Shown in pieces: positions 12,309 to 26,501 of a stretch of DNA of 64,000 bases. Both the position numbers and the translations under genes were made by a program. The stretch comes from the human T2T-CHM13v2.0 reference genome, Homo sapiens. The stretch lies in NCBI RefSeq assembly GCF_009914755.1, contig NC_060948.1. One strand, 5' to 3'. The notes beneath the pieces are model-generated. The model was given only the letters and a program-made list of their open reading frames with translations. It searched no databases and was not told the origin of the DNA. Within the stretch, counting starts at the first letter, position 1; every line of letters begins with the position of its first letter.

Positions 12309-15300
12309 AGGCCTGGAATAAAGTGGAATGCTACGGTCTCGAATGGAATAAAAATGTATGGAATGGAATGCAATGAAACGGAATCGAATGTCATAGAATG
12401 TAATGGAATGCAAAAAAATGGAATCCAAAATCATTGACTGGAAAGGCTGGGTGTCGAAAGGAATTGACTCCAACGGAATGGAATCGAATGGAATGGAAGT
12501 GAATAGAATCGAACTAAATCGAATGGAATGGAATTGATAGGAACGGAATGGAAAGGAATGCAATGATTTGGCATGGAATGGAATCGAATGGCATCGAATG
12601 GAATGGAATGGAAAAAAATGGAATGGAATGTATTAGAATGTAATGAACTTTAATGGAATGTACTCGAATGGATTCGACTGGAATGGAATGTTCTGGAAGT
12701 GAATGGACTCCAATGGAATGGATTCAAAAGGAATGGAATCGTACGGAATGGAATCTAATGGAATGGAATTAAATGGAAATGAATCAAATTGAATAGCACG
12801 GAATTGAATTGAATGGAATCGAATGCAATGGAATCTAATGAAACGGAAAGGAAAGGAATGCAATGGAATGGAATGGGATGGAATGCAAAGGAATCGAAAC
12901 GAATGGAATGGAATCGAACTGAAGAGACTGGAATGGAATGCACTGGAATGGAAGGGAGTGTAATGGAAGGTTCTCGAAAAAAATGGAATCGAATGGAATG
13001 GAATTGAATGGAACGGAATAGAGTCGAATGGAAATGAATGGAATGGAATGGACTAGAGTGAAATGGAATCGAACCACAAGGAATGGACAGGAATAGAATG
13101 GTCTAAAATTGAATGGAATCGTATGGAATGGCATCAAACGGAATGGAATGGACAGCCACGGAATGGAATGCACTCGAATGCAACGGAGTCGAAACTAATG
13201 GACTGGAATAGAATGGACTCGACTGGTACGGACTCCAATGGAATGGAATCGAATGGAAGGGAATCGAACGGAATGGACTCGAAGGGAAAAGACTGCAATG
13301 GAAAGGTCTCGAATGGAATGGAAATTAATGGAATGGAATGGAATCGAATGAAATGGAGTCAAAAGGAATGGAATCGAATGGCAAGAAATCGAATGTAATG
13401 GAATCGCAAGGAATTGATGTGAACGGAACGGAATGGAATGGAATCCAAAGGAATGGAATAGAATGGAATGGAATCGAATGGAAAGGACTCGAATGGAAAT
13501 CACTCGAATAGAATGCAATTTAATAAAATAGGGTAAATGTAATGGAAAGGAATCGAAACGAAAGGAATGGAGACAGATGGAATGGAATGGGACAGAGAGC
13601 AATGGTATAGAATGGAATGGAATCATCTGGAATGGAATTGAATGGAATGGAATAATATGAAATGGAATGGAATGGAATGGAATGGAATGGAATGGAATGC
13701 CCTTGAATTAAATGGACTGGATTCGAACAGAGTGGAATGGAAAGTGTTGAGATAGAATGGAATGGACTCCTTTGGAATGGTCTAGTATGCAATGCAATCG
13801 ACTGGCAGGGAATCAAAAGGAATGTAATGGAATGGATTGGACTGGAATGCAATGGACTCGAATAGATTGGAAACGGAATGCAAAGTAATGGAATGGAATA
13901 GTATGGAATGGAATGGAAAGGAATGGAGTGGAATAGACTAGAGTGGAATGGAATGGACTGGAAAGCAATGGACTGGAATGGAACTTTCTTGAATGGTCTG
14001 GAATCAAACGGAATGGAATGCAATGCAATCAAATGGCATGGAATAAAATAGAATGAAAGAGAATCAAATGGAATTGAATCGAATGGAATCGAATGGATTG
14101 GAAAGGAATAGAATGGAATGGAATGGAATTGACTCAAATGGAATGGACTAGAATGGAATGGATTCGAATGGAAGGCAAAGGAATGGAATCTATTGGAATG
14201 GACTGTAATGGAATGGAATGGAAGGGATTGGAATGGACTCGAATGGAATGGACTGCAATAGAAAGGATTCGAATGGAATGAAAAAGAATTGAATGGAATA
14301 GAACAGAATGGAATCAAATCGAATGAAATGGAATGGAATAGAAAGGAATGGAATGAAATGGAATGGAAAGGATTCGAATGGAATGCAATCGAATGGAATG
14401 GAATCGAACGGAATGGAATAAAATGGAAGAAAACTGGCAAGAAATGGAATCGAAATGAATGGAGTTTTATGGAACGGACTCAAAAGGAATTGAATGTAAT
14501 AGAATGGAGTGGAGTGGACTCGAATATAATGGACTGGAATGGAATGAAATCACATGGAATGGGAACGAATGGAATCGAATGGAAAGGAATCGAATGGAAG
14601 GGAATGAAATTGAATCAACAGGAATGGAAGGGAATAGAATAGACGGTAATGGAATGGACTCGAATAGAATGGACACGAATGCTCAAATTGAATGGACTCG
14701 AATGGAATGGAAACGAAAGGAATGTCATCGAATGGAATTGAATCGATTGGAATGAAATCGCATAGAATGGAGTGGAATCAAATGGAATTGAATCGAAAGG
14801 AAAGGAAGCGAATGGACTGAAATGAAATGGAATGGAATTGAATGGAAAGTAATGCAATGGAATAGAATGGAACGAAATTTCACGGAATGGAATCAAACTG
14901 AATGGAATCAAATCAATGGAATCAAATCAAATGGAATGGAAAGGAATTGAATGGAGTAGATGGGATTGGATGGGATTGGAATGAAATGTACTGGAAAGGA
15001 CTCGAATTTCATGAAACGGAATGGAATGAATTGGAACGGAATGGACTCGAATGGAATGGAATGTCATGGAATGGCATCAAATGGAATGGCATCAAATGGA
15101 ATGGAATCGAATGCAATGGAATGCTATGGAATGGAATGGAATGCATTGGAATGGAATGTCCTCTAATGGAATGGATTCGAGTGGAATGGAATTGAATATA
15201 ATGGAGTCGAATGAAATGGAATTGAAAGGAATGGGATCGAATACAATGGAATATACTGGAATGTAATGTAATGAACTCGAATGTAATTGACTGGAATGGA

Positions 15301-15805
15301 ATGTACATGAATGGAATGTAATCGAATGGAAAGTAATCCAATGGAATAGAATCTAATGCAATAAAATCGACTCAGATAGAGTAGAATGTAATGGAATGGA
15401 GTGCAGTGCAATGGAATGGAATGGAATGGAATGGAATGGAATGGGATGGAATGGTATGGAATGGATAGTAATGGACTGGAGTGAAATGGACTGGAAAGGA
15501 ATGGACTCAAATTGAAAGGGCTCGAAAGGAATGGAGTCAAATGGAATGGTCTGGAATGGAATGAACACGAATGTAATGCAATCCAATAGAATGGAATCGA
15601 ATGGCATGGAATATAAAGAAATGGAATCGAAGAGAATGGAAACAAATGGAATGGAATTGAATGGAATGGAATTGAATGGAATGGGAACGAATGGTGTGAA
15701 ATTGTATGCAGTAGAAGGGAATACAATAGAATGCAAGCGAAAGGAAAGAATGGATTGGAATGGAATGGAATTCATTGGAATGGAAGGGAATGTAGTGTAA
15801 TGGAC
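12309..15805 (+). repeat. DYZ1 unit 4 (3497 bp), several small deletions
   Basis: AGGCCT at 12309 and 15806; deletions near 13535, 14570 and 15430. Confidence 0.9.
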
Positions 15806-18800
15806 AGGCCTGGAATAAAGTGGAATGCTACGGTCTCGAATGGAATAAAAATGTATGGAATGGAATGCAATGAAACGGAATCGAATGTCATAGAATGTAA
15901 TGGAATGCAAAAAAATGGAATCCAAAATCATTGACTGGAAAGGCTGGGTGTCGAAAGGAATTGACTCCAATGGAATGGAATCGAATGGAATGGAAGTGAA
16001 TAGAATCGAACTAAATCGAATGGAATGGAATTGATAGGAACGGAATGGAAAGGAATGCAATGATTTGGCATGGAATGGAATCGAATGGCATCGAATGGAA
16101 TGGAATGGAATGCAATGGAATGGAATGTATTAGAATGTAATGAACATTAATGGAATGTACTCGAATGGATTCGACTGGAATGGAATGTTCTGGAAGTGAA
16201 TGGACTCCAATGGAATGGATTCGAAAGGAATGGTATCGAACAGAATGGAATCTAATGGAATGGAATTAAATGGAAATGAATCAAATTGAATAGCACGGAA
16301 TTGAATTGAATTGAATGGAATCGAATGCAATGGAATCTAATGAAACGGAAAGGAAAGGAATGGAATGGAATGGAATGGGCTGGAATGGAAAGGAATCGAA
16401 ACGAATGGAATGGAATCGAACTGAAGAGACTGGAATGGAATGCACTGGAATGGAAGGGAGTTTAATGGAAGGTTCTCGAAAATAATGGAAGCAAATGGAA
16501 TGGAATTGAATGGAACGGAATAGAGTCGAATGGAATTGAATGGAATGGAATGGACTAGAGTGAAATGGAATCGAACCACAAGGAATGGACAGGAATAGAA
16601 TGGTCTCGAATTGAATGGAATCGTATGGAATGGCATCAAACGGAATGGAATGGACAGCCACGGAATGGAATGCACTCGAATGCAATGGAGTCGAAACTTA
16701 TGGACTGGAATAGAATGGACTCGACTGGTACGGACTCCAATGGAATGGAATCGAATGGAAGGGATTCGAACGGAATGGACTCGAAGGGAAAAGACTGCAA
16801 TGGAAAGGTCTCGAATGGAATGGAAATTAATGGAATGGAATGGAATCGAATGAAATGGAGTCAAAAGGAATGGAATCGAATGGCAAGAAATCGAATGTAA
16901 TGGAATCGCAAGGAATTGATGTGAACGGAACGGAATGGAATGGAATCCAAAGGAATGGAATAGAATGGAATGGAATCGAATGGAAAGGACTCGAATGGAA
17001 ATCACTCGAATGGAATGAAATTTAATAAAATAGGATCAAATGTAATTGAATGGAATGGAAAGGAATCGAAACGAAAGGAATGGAGACAGATGGAATGGAA
17101 TGGAACAGAGAGCAATGGTATAGAATGGAATGGAATCATCTGGAATGGAATTGAATGGAATGGAATAATATGAAATGGAATGGAATGGAATAGAATGGAA
17201 TGCCCTTGAATTAAATGGACTGGAATGGAATGGACTCGAACAGAGTGGAATGGAAAGTGTTGAGATAGAATGGAATGGACTCTTTTAGAATGGTCTAGTA
17301 TGCAATGCAATCGACTGGCAGGGAATCAAAAGGAATGTAATCGAATGGATTGGACTGGAATGCAATGGACTCGAATAGATTGGAAACGGAATGCAAAGGA
17401 ATGGAATGGAATAGTATGGAATGGAATGGAAAGGAATGGAGTGGAATAGACTAGAGTGGAATGGAATGGACTGGAAAGCAATGGACTGGAATGGAACTTT
17501 CTTGAATGGACTGGAATCAAACGGAATGGAATGCAATGCAATCAAATGGCATGGAATAAAATAGAATGAAAGAGAATCAAATGGAATTGAATCGAATGGA
17601 ATCGAATGGATTGGAAAGGAATAGAATGGAATGGAATGGAATTGACTCAAATGGAATGGACTAGAATGGAATGGATTCGAATGGAAGGCAAAGGAATGGA
17701 ATCTATTGGAATGGACAGTAATGGAATGGAATGGAAGGGATTGGAATGGACTCGAATGGAATGGACTGCAATAGAAAGGATTCGAATGGAATGAAAAAGA
17801 ATTGAATGGAATAGAACAGAATGGAATCAAATCGAATGAAATGGAATGGAATAGAAAGGAATGGAATGAAATGGAATGGAAAGGATTCGAATGGAATGCA
17901 ATCGAATGGAATGGAATCGAACGGAATGGAATAAAATGGAAGAAAACTGGCAAGAAATGGAATCGAAATGAATGGAGTGTTATGGAACGGACTCAAAAGG
18001 AATTGAATGTAATAGAATGGAGTGGAGTGGACTCGAATATAATGAACTTGAATGGAATGAAATCACATGGAATGGGAACGAATGGAATGGAATGGAAAGG
18101 AATGGAATCGAATGGAAAGGAATCGAATGGAAGGGAATGAAATTGAATCAACAGGAATGGAAGGGAATAGAATAGACGGTAATGGAATGGACTCGAATAG
18201 AATGGACACGAATGCTCAAATTGAATGGACTCGAATGGAATGGAAACAAAAGGAATGTCATCGAATGGAATTGAATCGATTGGAATGAAATCGCATAGAA
18301 TGGAGTGGAATCAAATGGAATTGAATCGAAAGGAAAGGAAGCGAATGGACTGAAATGAAATGGAATGGAATTGAATGGAAAGTAATGCAATGGAATAGAA
18401 TGGAACGAAATTTCACGGAATGGAATCAAACTGAATGGAATCAAATCAATGGAATCAAATCAAATGGAATGGAAAGGAATTGAATGGAGTAGATTGGATT
18501 GGATGGGATTGGAATGAAATGTACTGGAAAGGACTCGAATTTCATGAAACGGAATGGAATGAATTGGAACGGAATGGACTCGAATGGAATGGAATGTCAT
18601 GGAATGGCATCAAATGGAATGGCATCAAATGGAATGGAATCGAATGCAATGGAATGCTATGGAATGGAATGGAATGCATTGGAATGGAATGTCCTCTAAT
18701 GGAATGGATTCGAGTGGAATGGAATCGAATATAATGGAGTCGAATGAAATGGAATTGAAAGGAATGGGATCGAATACAATGGAATATACTGGAATGTAAT

Positions 18801-19364
18801 GTAATGAACTCGAATGTAATTGACTGGAATGGAATGTACATGAATGGAATGTAATCGAATGGAAAGTAATCCAATGGAATAGAATCTAATGCAATAAAAT
18901 CGACTCAGATAGAGTAGAATGTAATGGAATGGAGTACAGTGCAATGGAATGGAATGGAATGGAATGCAATGGAATGGAATGGAATGGAATGGAATGGAAT
19001 GGGATGGAATGGTATGGAATGGATAGTAATGGACTGGAATGAAATGGACTGGAAAAGAATGGACTCAAATTGAAAGGGCTCGAAAGGAATGGAGTCAAAT
19101 GGAATGGTCTGGAATGGAATGAACACGAATGTAATGCAATCCAATAGAATGGAATCGAATGGCATGGAATATAAAGAAATGGAATCGAAGAGAATGGAAA
19201 CAAATGGAATGGAATTGAATGGAATGGAATTGAATGGAATGGGAACGAATGGAGTGAAATTGTATGCAGTAGAAGAGAATAGAATGGAATGCAAGCGAAA
19301 GGAAAGGAATGGATTGCAATGGAATGGAATTCATTGGAATGGAAGGGAATGTAGTGTAATGGAC
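15806..19364 (+). repeat. DYZ1 unit 5 (3559 bp)
   Basis: AGGCCT at 15806 and 19365. Confidence 0.9.
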
Positions 19365-22300
19365 AGGCCTGGAATAAAGTGGAATGCTACGGTCTCGAAT
19401 GGAATAAAAATGTATGGAATGGAATGCAATGAAACGGAATCGAATGTCATAGAATGTAATGGAATGCAAAAAAATGGAATCCTAAATCATTGACTGGAAA
19501 GGCTGGGTGTCGAAAGGAATTGACTCCAATGGAATGGAATCGAATGGAATGGAAGTGAATAGAATCGAACTAAATCGAATGGAATGGAATTGATAGGAAC
19601 GGAATGGAAAGGAATGCAATGATTTGGCATGGAATGGAATCGAATGGCATCGAATGGAATGGAATGGAATGCAATGGAATGGAATGTATTAGAATGTAAT
19701 GAACATTAATGGAATGTACTCGAATGGATTCGACTGGAATGGAATGTTCTGGAAGTGAATGGACTCCAATGGAATGGATTCGAAAGGAATGGAATCGAAC
19801 GGAATGGAATCTAATGGAATGGAATTAAATGGAAATGAATCAAATTGAATAGCACGGAATTGAATTGAATGGAATCGAATGCAATGGAATCTAATGAAAC
19901 GGAAAGGAAAGGAATGGAATGGAATGGAATGGGCTGGAATGGAAAGGAATCGAAACGAATGGAATGGAATCGAACTGAAGAGACTGGAATGGAATGCACT
20001 GGAATGGAAGGGAGTGTAATGGAAGGTTCTCGAAAATAATGGAAGCAAATGGAATGGAATTGAATGGAACGGAATAGAGTCGAATGGAATTGAATGGAAT
20101 GGAATGGACTAGAGTGAAATGGAATCGAACCACAAGGAATGGACAGGAATAGAATGGTCTCGAATTGAATGGAATCGTATGGAATGGCATCAAACGGAAT
20201 GGAATGGACAGCCACGGAATGGAATGCACTCGAATGCAATGGAGTCGAAACTTATGGACTGGAATAGAATGGACTCGACTGGTACGGACACCAATGGAAT
20301 GGAATCGAATGGAAGGGATTCGAACGGAATGGACTCGAAGGGAAAAGACTGCAATGGAAAGGTCTCGAATGGAATGGAAATTAATGGAATGGAATGGAAT
20401 CGAATGAAATGGAGTCAAAAGGAATGGAATCGAATGGCAAGAAATCGAATGTAATGGAATCGCAAGGAATTGATGTGAACGGAACGGAATGGAATGGAAT
20501 CCAAAGGAATGGAATAGAATGGAATGGAATCGAATGGAAAGGACTCGAATGGAAATCACTCGAATAGAATGCAATTTAATAAAATAGGATCAAATGTAAT
20601 TGAATGGAATGGAAAGGAATCGAAACGAAAGGAATGGAGACAGATGGAATGGAATGGAACAGGGAGCAATGGTATAGAATGGAATGGAATCATCTGGAAT
20701 GGAATTGAATGGAATGGAATAATATGAAATGGAATGGAATGGAATGGAATGGAATGCCCTTGAATTAAATGGACTGGAATGGAATGGACTCGAACAGAGT
20801 GGAATGGAAAGTGTTGAGATAGAATGGAATGGACTCTTTTGGAATGGTCTAGTATGCAATGCAATCGACTGGCAGGGAATCAAAAGGAATGTAATCGAAT
20901 GGATTAGACTGGAATGCAATGGACTCGAATAGATTGGAAACGGAATGCAAAGGAATGGAATGGAATAGTATGGAATGGAATGGAAAGGAATGGAGTGGAA
21001 TAGACTAGAGTGGAATGGAATGGACTGGAAAGCAATGGACTGGAATGGAACTTTCTTGAATGGACTGGAATCAAACGGAATGGAATGCAATGCAATCAAA
21101 TGGCATGGAATAAAATAGAATGAAAGAGAATCAAATGGAATTGAATCGAATGGAATCGAATGGATTGGAAAGGAATAGAATGGAATGGAATGGAATTGAC
21201 TCAAATGGAATGGACTAGAATGGAATGGATTCGAATGGAAGGCAAAGGAATGGAATCTATTGGAATGGACTGTAATGGAATGGAATGGAAGGGATTGGAA
21301 TGGACTCGAATGGAATGGACTGCAATAGAAAGGATTCGAATGGAATGAAAAAGAGTTGAATGGAATAGAACAGAATGGAATCAAATCGAATGAAATGGAA
21401 TGGAATAGAAAGGAATGGAATGAAATGGAATGGAAAGGATTCGAATGGAATGCAATCGAATGGAATGGAATCGAACGGAATGGAATAAAATGGAAGAAAA
21501 CTGGCAAGAAATGGAAACGAAATGAATGGAGTGTTATGGAACGGACTCAAAAGGAATTGAATGTAATAGAATGGAGTGGAGTGGACTCGAATATAATGGA
21601 CTGGAATGGAATGAAATCACATGGAATGGGGACGAATGGAATGGAATGGAAAGGAATGGAATCGAATGGAAAGGAATCGAATGGAAGGGAATGAAATTGA
21701 ATCAACAGGAATGGAAGGGAATAGAATAGACGGTAATGGAATGGACTCGAATAGAATGGACACGAATGCTCAAATTGAATGGACTCGAATGGAATGGAAA
21801 CGAAGGAATGTCATCGAATGGAATTGAATCGATTGGAATGAAATCGCATAGAATGGAGTGGAATCAAATGGAATTGAATCGAAAGGAAAGGAAGCGAATG
21901 GACTGAAATGAAATGGAATGGAATTGAATGGAAAGTAATGCAATGGAATAGAATGGAACGAAATTTCACGGAATGGAATCAAACTGAATGGAATCAAATC
22001 AATGGAATCAAATCAAATGGAATGGAAAGGAATTGAATGGAGTAGATTGGATTGGATGGGATTGGAATGAAATGTACTGGAAAGGACTCGAATTTCATGA
22101 AACGGAATGGAATGAATTGGAACGGAATGGACTCAAATGGAATGGAATGTCATGGAATGGCATCAAGTGGAATGGCATCAAATGGAATGGAATCGAATGC
22201 AATGGAATGCTATCGAATGGAATGGAATGCATTAGAATGGAATGTCCTCTAATGGAATGGATTCGAGTGGAATGGAATCGAATATAATGGAGTCGAATGA

Positions 22301-22932
22301 AAAGGAATTGAAAGGAATGGGATCGAATACAATGGAATATACTGGAATGTAATGTAATGAACTCGAATGTAATTGACTGGAATGGAATGTACATGAATGG
22401 AATGTAATCGAATGGAAAGTAATCCAATGGAATAGAATCTAATGCAATAAAATCGACTCAGATAGAGTAGAATGTAATGGAATGGAGGGCAGTGCAATGG
22501 AATGGAATGGAATGGAATGCAATGGAATGGAATGGAATGGAATGGAATGGAATGGAATGGAATGGAATGGGATGGAATGGTATGGAATGGATAGTAATGG
22601 ACTGGAATGAAATGGACTGGAAAAGAATGGACTCAAATTGAAAGGGCTCGAAAGGAATGGAGTCAAATGGAATGGTCTGGAATGGAATGAACACGAATGT
22701 AATGCAATCCAATAGAATGGAATCGAATGGCATGGAATATAAAGAAATGGAATCGAAGAGAATGGAAACAAATGGAATGGAATTGAATGGAATGGAATTG
22801 AATGGAATGGGAACGAATGGAGTGAAATTGTATGCAGTAGAAGAGAATAGAATGGAATGCAAGCGAAAGGAAAGGAATGGATTGCAATGGAATGGAATTC
22901 ATTGGAATGGAAGGGAATGTAGTGTAATGGAC
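19365..22932 (+). repeat. DYZ1 unit 6 (3568 bp)
   Basis: AGGCCT at 19365 and 22933. Confidence 0.9.
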
Positions 22933-25900
22933 AGGCCTGGAATAAAGTGGAATGCTACGGTCTCGAATGGAATAAAAATGTATGGAATGGAATGCAATGA
23001 AACGGAATCGAATGTCATAGAATGTAATGGAATGCAAAAAAATGGAATCCAAAATCATTGACTGGAAAGGCTGGGTGTCGAAAGGAATTGACTCCAATGG
23101 AATGGAATCGAATGGAATGGAAGTGAATAGAATCGAACTAAATCGAATGGAATGGAATTGATAGGAACGGAATGGAAAGGAATGCAATGATTTGGCATGG
23201 AATGGAATCGAATGGCATCGAATGGAATGGAATGGAATGCAATGGAATGGAATGTATTAGAATGTAATGAACATTAATGGAATGTACTCGAATGGATTCG
23301 ACTGGAATGGAATGTTCTGGAAGTGAATGGACTCCAATGGAATGGATTCGAAAGGAATGGAATCGAACGGAATGGAATCTAATGGAATGGAATTAAATGG
23401 AAATGAATCAAATTGAATAGCACGGAATTGAATTGAATGGAATCGAATGCAATGGAATCTAATGAAACGGAAAGGAAAGGAATGGAATGGAATGGAATGG
23501 GCTGGAATGGAAAGGAATCGAAACGAATGGAATGGAATCGAACTGAAGAGACTGGAATGGAATGCACTGGAATGGAAGGGAGTGTAATGGAAGGTTCTCG
23601 AAAATGATGGAAGCAAATGGAATGGAATTGAATGGAACGGAATAGAGTCGAATGGAATTGAATGGAATGGAATGGACTAGAGTGAAATGGAATCGAACCA
23701 CAAGGAATGGACAGGAATAGAATGGTCTCGAATTGAATGGAATCGTATGGAATGGCATCAAACGGAATGGAATGGACAGCCACGGAATGGAATGCACTCG
23801 AATGCAATGGAGTCGAAACTTATGGACTGGAATAGAATGGACTCGACTGGTACGGACACCAATGGAATGGAATCGAATGGAAGGGATTCGAACGGAATGG
23901 ACTCGAAGGGAAAAGACTGCAATGGAAAGGTCTCGAATGGAATGGAAATTAATGGAATGGAATGGAATCGAATAAAATGGAGTCAAAAGGAATGGAATCG
24001 AATGGCAAGAAATCGAATGTAATGGAATCGCAAGGAATTGATGTGAACGGAACGGAATGGAATGGAATCCAAAGGAATGGAATAGAATGGAATGGAATCG
24101 AATGGAAAGGACTCGAATGGAAATCACTCGAATAGAATGCAATTTAATAAAATAGGATCAAGTGTAATTGAATGGAATGGAAAGGAATCGAAACGAAAAG
24201 AATGGAGACAGATGGAATGGAATGGAACAGGGAGCAATGGTATAGAATGGAATGGAATCATCTGGAATGGAATTGAATGGAATGGAATAATATGAAATGG
24301 AATGGAATGGAATGGAATGGAATGCCCTTGAATTAAATGGACTGGAATGGAATGGACTCGAACAGAGTGGAATGGAAAGTGTTGAGATAGAATGGAATGG
24401 ACTCTTTTGGAATGGTCTAGTATGCAATGCAATCGACTGGCAGGGAATCAAAAGGAATGTAATCGAATGGATTAGACTGGAATGCAATGGACTCGAATAG
24501 ATTGGAAACGGAATGCAAAGGAATGGAATGGAATAGTATGGAATGGAATGGAAAAGAATGGAGTGGAATAGACTAGAGTGGAATGGAATGGACTGGAAAG
24601 CAATGGACTGGAATGGAACTTTCTTGAATGGACTGGAATCAAACGGAATGGAATGCAATGCAATCAAATGGCATGGAATAAAATAGAATGAAAGAGAATC
24701 AAATGGAATTGAATCGAATGGAATCGAATGGATTGGAAAGGAATAGAATGGAATGGAATGGAATTGACTCAAATGGAATGGACTAGAATGGAATGGATTC
24801 GAATGGAAGGCAAAGGAATGGAATCTATTGGAATGGACTGTAATGGAATGGAATGGAAGGGATTGGAATGGACTCGAATGGAATGGACTGCAATAGAAAG
24901 GATTCGAATGGAATGAAAAAGAGTTGAATGGAATAGAACAGAATGGAATCAAATCGAATGAAATGGAATGGAATAGAAAGGAATGGAATGAAATGGAATG
25001 GAAAGGATTCGAATGGAATGCAATCGAATGGAATGGAATCGAACGGAATGGAATAAAATGGAAGAAAACTGGCAAGAAATGGAATCGAAATGAATGGAGT
25101 GTTATGGAACGGACTCAAAAGGAATTGAATGTAATAGAATGGAGTGGAGTGGACTCGAATATAATGGACTGGAATGGAATGAAATCACATGGAATGGGAA
25201 CGAATGGAATGGAATGGAAAGGAATGGAATCGAATGGAAAGGAATCGAATGGAAGGGAATGAAATTGAATCAACAGGAATGGAAGGGAATAGAATAGACG
25301 GTAATGGAATGGACTCGAATAGAATGGACACGAATGCTCAAATTGAATGGACTCGAATGGAATGGAAACGAAAGGAATGTCATCGAATGGAATTGAATCG
25401 ATTGGAATGAAATCGCATAGAATGGAGTGGAATCAAATGGAATTGAATCGAAAGGAAAGGAAGCGAATGGACTGAAATGAAATGGAATGGAATTGAATGG
25501 AAAGTAATGCAATGGAATAGAATGGAACGAAATTTCACGGAATGGAATCAAACTGAATGGAATCAAATCAATGGAATCAAATCAAATGGAATGGAAAGGA
25601 ATTGAATGGAGTAGATTGGATTGGATGGGATTGGAATGAAATGTACTGGAAAGGACTCGAATTTCATGAAACGGAATGGAATGAATTGGAATGGAATGGA
25701 CTCAAATGGAATGGAATGTCATGGAATGGCATCAAGTGGAATGGCATCAAATGGAATGGAATCGAATGCAATGGAATGCTATCGAATGGAATGGAATGCA
25801 TTGGAATGGAATGTCCTCTAATGGAATGGATTCGAGTGGAATGGAATCGAATATAATGGAGTCGAATGAAAAGGAATTGAAAGGAATGGGATCGAATACA

Positions 25901-26501
25901 ATGGAATATACTGGAATGTAATGTAATGAACTCGAATGTAATTGACTGGAATGGAATGTACATGAATGGAATGTAATCGAATGGAAAGTAATCCAATGGA
26001 ATAGAATCTAATGCAATAAAATCGACTCAGATAGAGTAGAATGTAATGGAATGGAGGGCAGTGCAATGGAATGGAATGGAATGGAATGCAATGGAATGGA
26101 ATGGAATGGAATGGAATGGAATGGAATGGAATGGAATGGGATGGAATGGTATGGAATAGATAGTAATGGACTGGAATGAAATGGACTGGAAAAGAATGGA
26201 CTCAAATTGAAAGGGCTCGAAAGGAATGGAGTCAAATGGAATGGTCTGGAATGGAATGAACACGAATGTAATGCAATCCAATAGAATGGAATCGAATGGC
26301 ATGGAATATAAAGAAATGGAATCGAAGAGAATGGAAACAAATGGAATGGAATTGAATGGAATGGAATTGAATGGAATGGGAACGAATGGAGTGAAATTGT
26401 ATACAGTAGAAGAGAATAGAATGGAATGCAAGCGAAAGGAAAGGAATGGATTGCAATGGAATGGAATTCATTGAAATGGAAGGAAATGTAGTGTAATGGA
26501 C
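22933..26501 (+). repeat. DYZ1 unit 7 (3569 bp)
   Basis: AGGCCT at 22933 and 26502. Confidence 0.9.
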
